A program made the translations under genes and the position numbers. DNA of 64,000 bases from Chloroflexota bacterium (GTDB lineage Bacteria > Chloroflexota > Dehalococcoidia > JACQUO01). The stretch lies in the NCBI GenBank assembly GCA_016210205.1, contig JACQUO010000024.1, positions 29,105 to 93,104 on the forward strand. Direction: 5' to 3'. This document shows, piece after piece, positions 62,108 to 64,000 of this stretch (position 1 is the stretch's first letter; each line of letters opens with the position of its first letter). Under the pieces are notes generated by a model that saw nothing but the letters and a program-made list of their open reading frames with translations, was not told where the DNA came from and ran no database searches.

Positions 62108-63362
62108 CTATCTGATTATCGGCAACTCCGCGGGGGGCATCGCCGCCGCGGAGGCCATCCGCCGGGGGGACCCCAAAGGGGCCATTACCATGGTCTCCGA
62201 CGAGCCTTACCCTGCCTACTCGCGGCCCCTCATCTCCGATTACCTGGCGGGGGATGTCACCCTGGAGAAGATGCTCCTCCGCCCGGCGGACTTCTACCCA
62301 TCCCATGGCATCGAAGCTATCCTGGGGACGAAGGTGACCCGCCTGGAGCTGACCCAGAAACGTGCTACCCTGGCGGACGGCCGCACCTTGAAGTGGGACA
62401 AACTGCTCCTGGCCACCGGGGGCACCCCCACCCTGCCCGACATCAAAGGACGAGACCTCAAGGGGGTCTTCGTCTTCAACACCCTGGACGACGCCAAAGC
62501 CATCGGGGACTATCTCATCGCCCGGCATCGGGCTGTGGTCATCGGCGGCGGGCTCATCGGCCTCTCCGCCGCCAAAGCGCTCCTGCGACGGGGCAACGAG
62601 ACCACCGTGGTGGTGCGCAGCGCCCGGCTGCTCTCAACCCTCCTGGACGCCGAGGCCTCGGCCCTCATGGAGAAGGCTGCGCTGGCCAAGGGGCTGAAGG
62701 TCATCAAGGGCAGCGGCGGCGAGGAAATCCTGGGCCAGGACGGCCAGGTCAAGGGCGTGGCCCTGGGCCGGGGCGAGACCATCCCCTGCGAGGTGGTGAT
62801 TCTGGCCCGGGGCGTGGACCCCCGGACGGAGCTGGCCCGGGAGGCAGGCCTGAAGGTCCGGGAGGGCATCCCCGTGAACGAGCACATGGAGACCAGCGCC
62901 CCCGGCGTCTATGCCTGCGGCGATGTGGCAGAGTCCTACGATTTCGCCTGCCAGGAGGTCCGGGTGAACCCGGTGTGGCCCAGCGCCGTCATCGGGGGCC
63001 TCACCGCCGGAGCCAACATGGCCGGCGAGCGCAATCCCTGCCCCGGCACCAGCGCCGTCAACGCCCTATCGTACTTCGGCACCGCCATCGCCGCCGCGGG
63101 CCAGGCCAACCCGCCAACCCTCGACGGCTTCGAGGTGCTGCGCCACCCTGCCCACAACGGCCACTATGAGAAGGTGGTGCTCCAGGACGGCCGGGTGGTG
63201 GGGTTCATCCTGGTGGGAAACCTGGAGAAGGCCGGGGTGATTTTCAGCCTCATCAAAGAGCGGGTGGATGTGACCCCCTTCAAGAAGGACCTCATCTCCC
63301 CCTCCTTCGGCTATGCCTTCCTGCCGGCGAAGCTGCGCCAGGCGCGCATAGCCGCGGAGTGA
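62100..63362 (+). CDS. FAD/NAD(P)-dependent pyridine nucleotide-disulfide oxidoreductase family protein
   Basis: GTG at 62100 overlaps the ferredoxin stop. YLIIGNSAGGIAAAEA (FAD GxGxxG), AVVIGGGLIGLSAA (NAD motif) and ACGDVA. The upstream part of the ORF track (61899 onward) is an out-of-frame overlap. Confidence 0.85.
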   Translation: MASYLIIGNSAGGIAAAEAIRRGDPKGAITMVSDEPYPAYSRPLISDYLAGDVTLEKMLLRPADFYPSHGIEAILGTKVTRLELTQKRATLADGRTLKWDKLLLATGGTPTLPDIKGRDLKGVFVFNTLDDAKAIGDYLIARHRAVVIGGGLIGLSAAKALLRRGNETTVVVRSARLLSTLLDAEASALMEKAALAKGLKVIKGSGGEEILGQDGQVKGVALGRGETIPCEVVILARGVDPRTELAREAGLKVREGIPVNEHMETSAPGVYACGDVAESYDFACQEVRVNPVWPSAVIGGLTAGANMAGERNPCPGTSAVNALSYFGTAIAAAGQANPPTLDGFEVLRHPAHNGHYEKVVLQDGRVVGFILVGNLEKAGVIFSLIKERVDVTPFKKDLISPSFGYAFLPAKLRQARIAAE

Positions 63363-63387
63363 ACCAGGAGAGGCAGAGGGAAACAGC

Positions 63388-64000
63388 ATGAAGGATCTGA
63401 ACCGCATCAACAACCCCCACGGCGACGACAAGGTCAACGACGCCTGCTCCATCTTCGGGATGATGGACACCTCAGGCCGGCGCTTCGGGGGAGGCGACAT
63501 CATCAAGGCCATGACCCTCATGCACGACCGGGGCAACGGCCTGGGGGCGGGCTTCGCCGTCTACGGCCTCTACCCCAATTTCCCCCAGCACTACGCCTTT
63601 CACATTATGTACCTCTCTCGGGAGGCTCAGCAGGAGGTGGAAAGCTTCCTCCAGGACCAGTTTTGCATCGACCTGGCGGAGGAGGTGCCCACCCAGCCCA
63701 CCCCCGCCATCGTGGACCCGCCCCTCATCCGGCGCTACTTCGCCCTGGCCCATCCCCATCGCCTGGAGGGCCGCCGCGAGGACGACTATGTGGTCTCCCA
63801 GGTGATGCGCATCAACACCCAGATGGACGGGGCTTTCGTCTTCTCCAGCGGCAAGGATATGGGGGTCTTCAAGGGCGTGGGCTATCCGGAGGATGTGGCC
63901 CAGTTCTACCGCCTAGAGACGGATTACCAGGGCTACCTGTGGACGGGCCACAGCCGCTTCCCCACCAATACCCCCGGCTGGTGGGGCGGCGCCCACCCCT
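63388..64000 (+). CDS. Class-II (Ntn) glutamine amidotransferase domain protein, glutamate-synthase-like, 3' end beyond the window
   Basis: ATG at 63388. DACSIFGMMD supplies the Ntn nucleophile-type Cys, followed by HDRGNGLGAGFAVYG and GHSRFPTNT. Confidence 0.75.
   Translation, partial: MKDLNRINNPHGDDKVNDACSIFGMMDTSGRRFGGGDIIKAMTLMHDRGNGLGAGFAVYGLYPNFPQHYAFHIMYLSREAQQEVESFLQDQFCIDLAEEVPTQPTPAIVDPPLIRRYFALAHPHRLEGRREDDYVVSQVMRINTQMDGAFVFSSGKDMGVFKGVGYPEDVAQFYRLETDYQGYLWTGHSRFPTNTPGWWGGAHP

Overview
GC-rich bacterial chromosomal segment. The gene content suggests a monoderm-type lineage, plausibly Chloroflexota: hrcA-grpE-dnaK-dnaJ-prmA-rsmE behind a CIRCE operator, LPXTG-type sorting signals, and comEA/comEC. 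The lineage call is inference only. I support about 70 protein genes, mostly housekeeping: pyrG, tal, rho, fabH, bioY, der-plsY-gpsA, argF, rph, serA with a class-V aminotransferase, etfBA-pyrD, DAHP synthase with aroH, ndk, tsaB/tsaE, thiL and rarA. There are 3 tRNAs, all on the minus strand: Gly-UCC, Pro-UGG and Arg-CCG. I found no rRNA, CRISPR array, integrase or transposase. Items worth a second look: (1) The only visibly AT-rich block (about 44.6-46.1 kb) carries a RelE/ParE-type TA pair and an SRA-like/HNH nuclease. It is bracketed by the intact pyrD 5' end and a diverged 32-codon pyrD 5' remnant that share a 27-nt identical core. (2) pyrD (class 1B-like) is translationally coupled to etfB-etfA and has no pyrK. 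(3) comEC is split by a frameshift at a C5 run. (4) A ~110-bp three-hairpin intergenic repeat family has at least 7 copies, and a second short repeat (GTCAYTCTGAGCGAAGCGAAGAATC) has 3 copies. (5) An unassigned ~280-nt unit bounded by a promoter and a terminator lies downstream of rho. (6) A surface-protein cluster holds a 1067-aa BNR/Asp-box protein and two small LPVTG paralogs. (7) A BlaI-like repressor and a short sensor-less M56 protease sit next to a diheme cytochrome c lipoprotein with a collagen-like Gly-X-Y linker. All functional calls come from reading motifs in the translations; no database search was possible.
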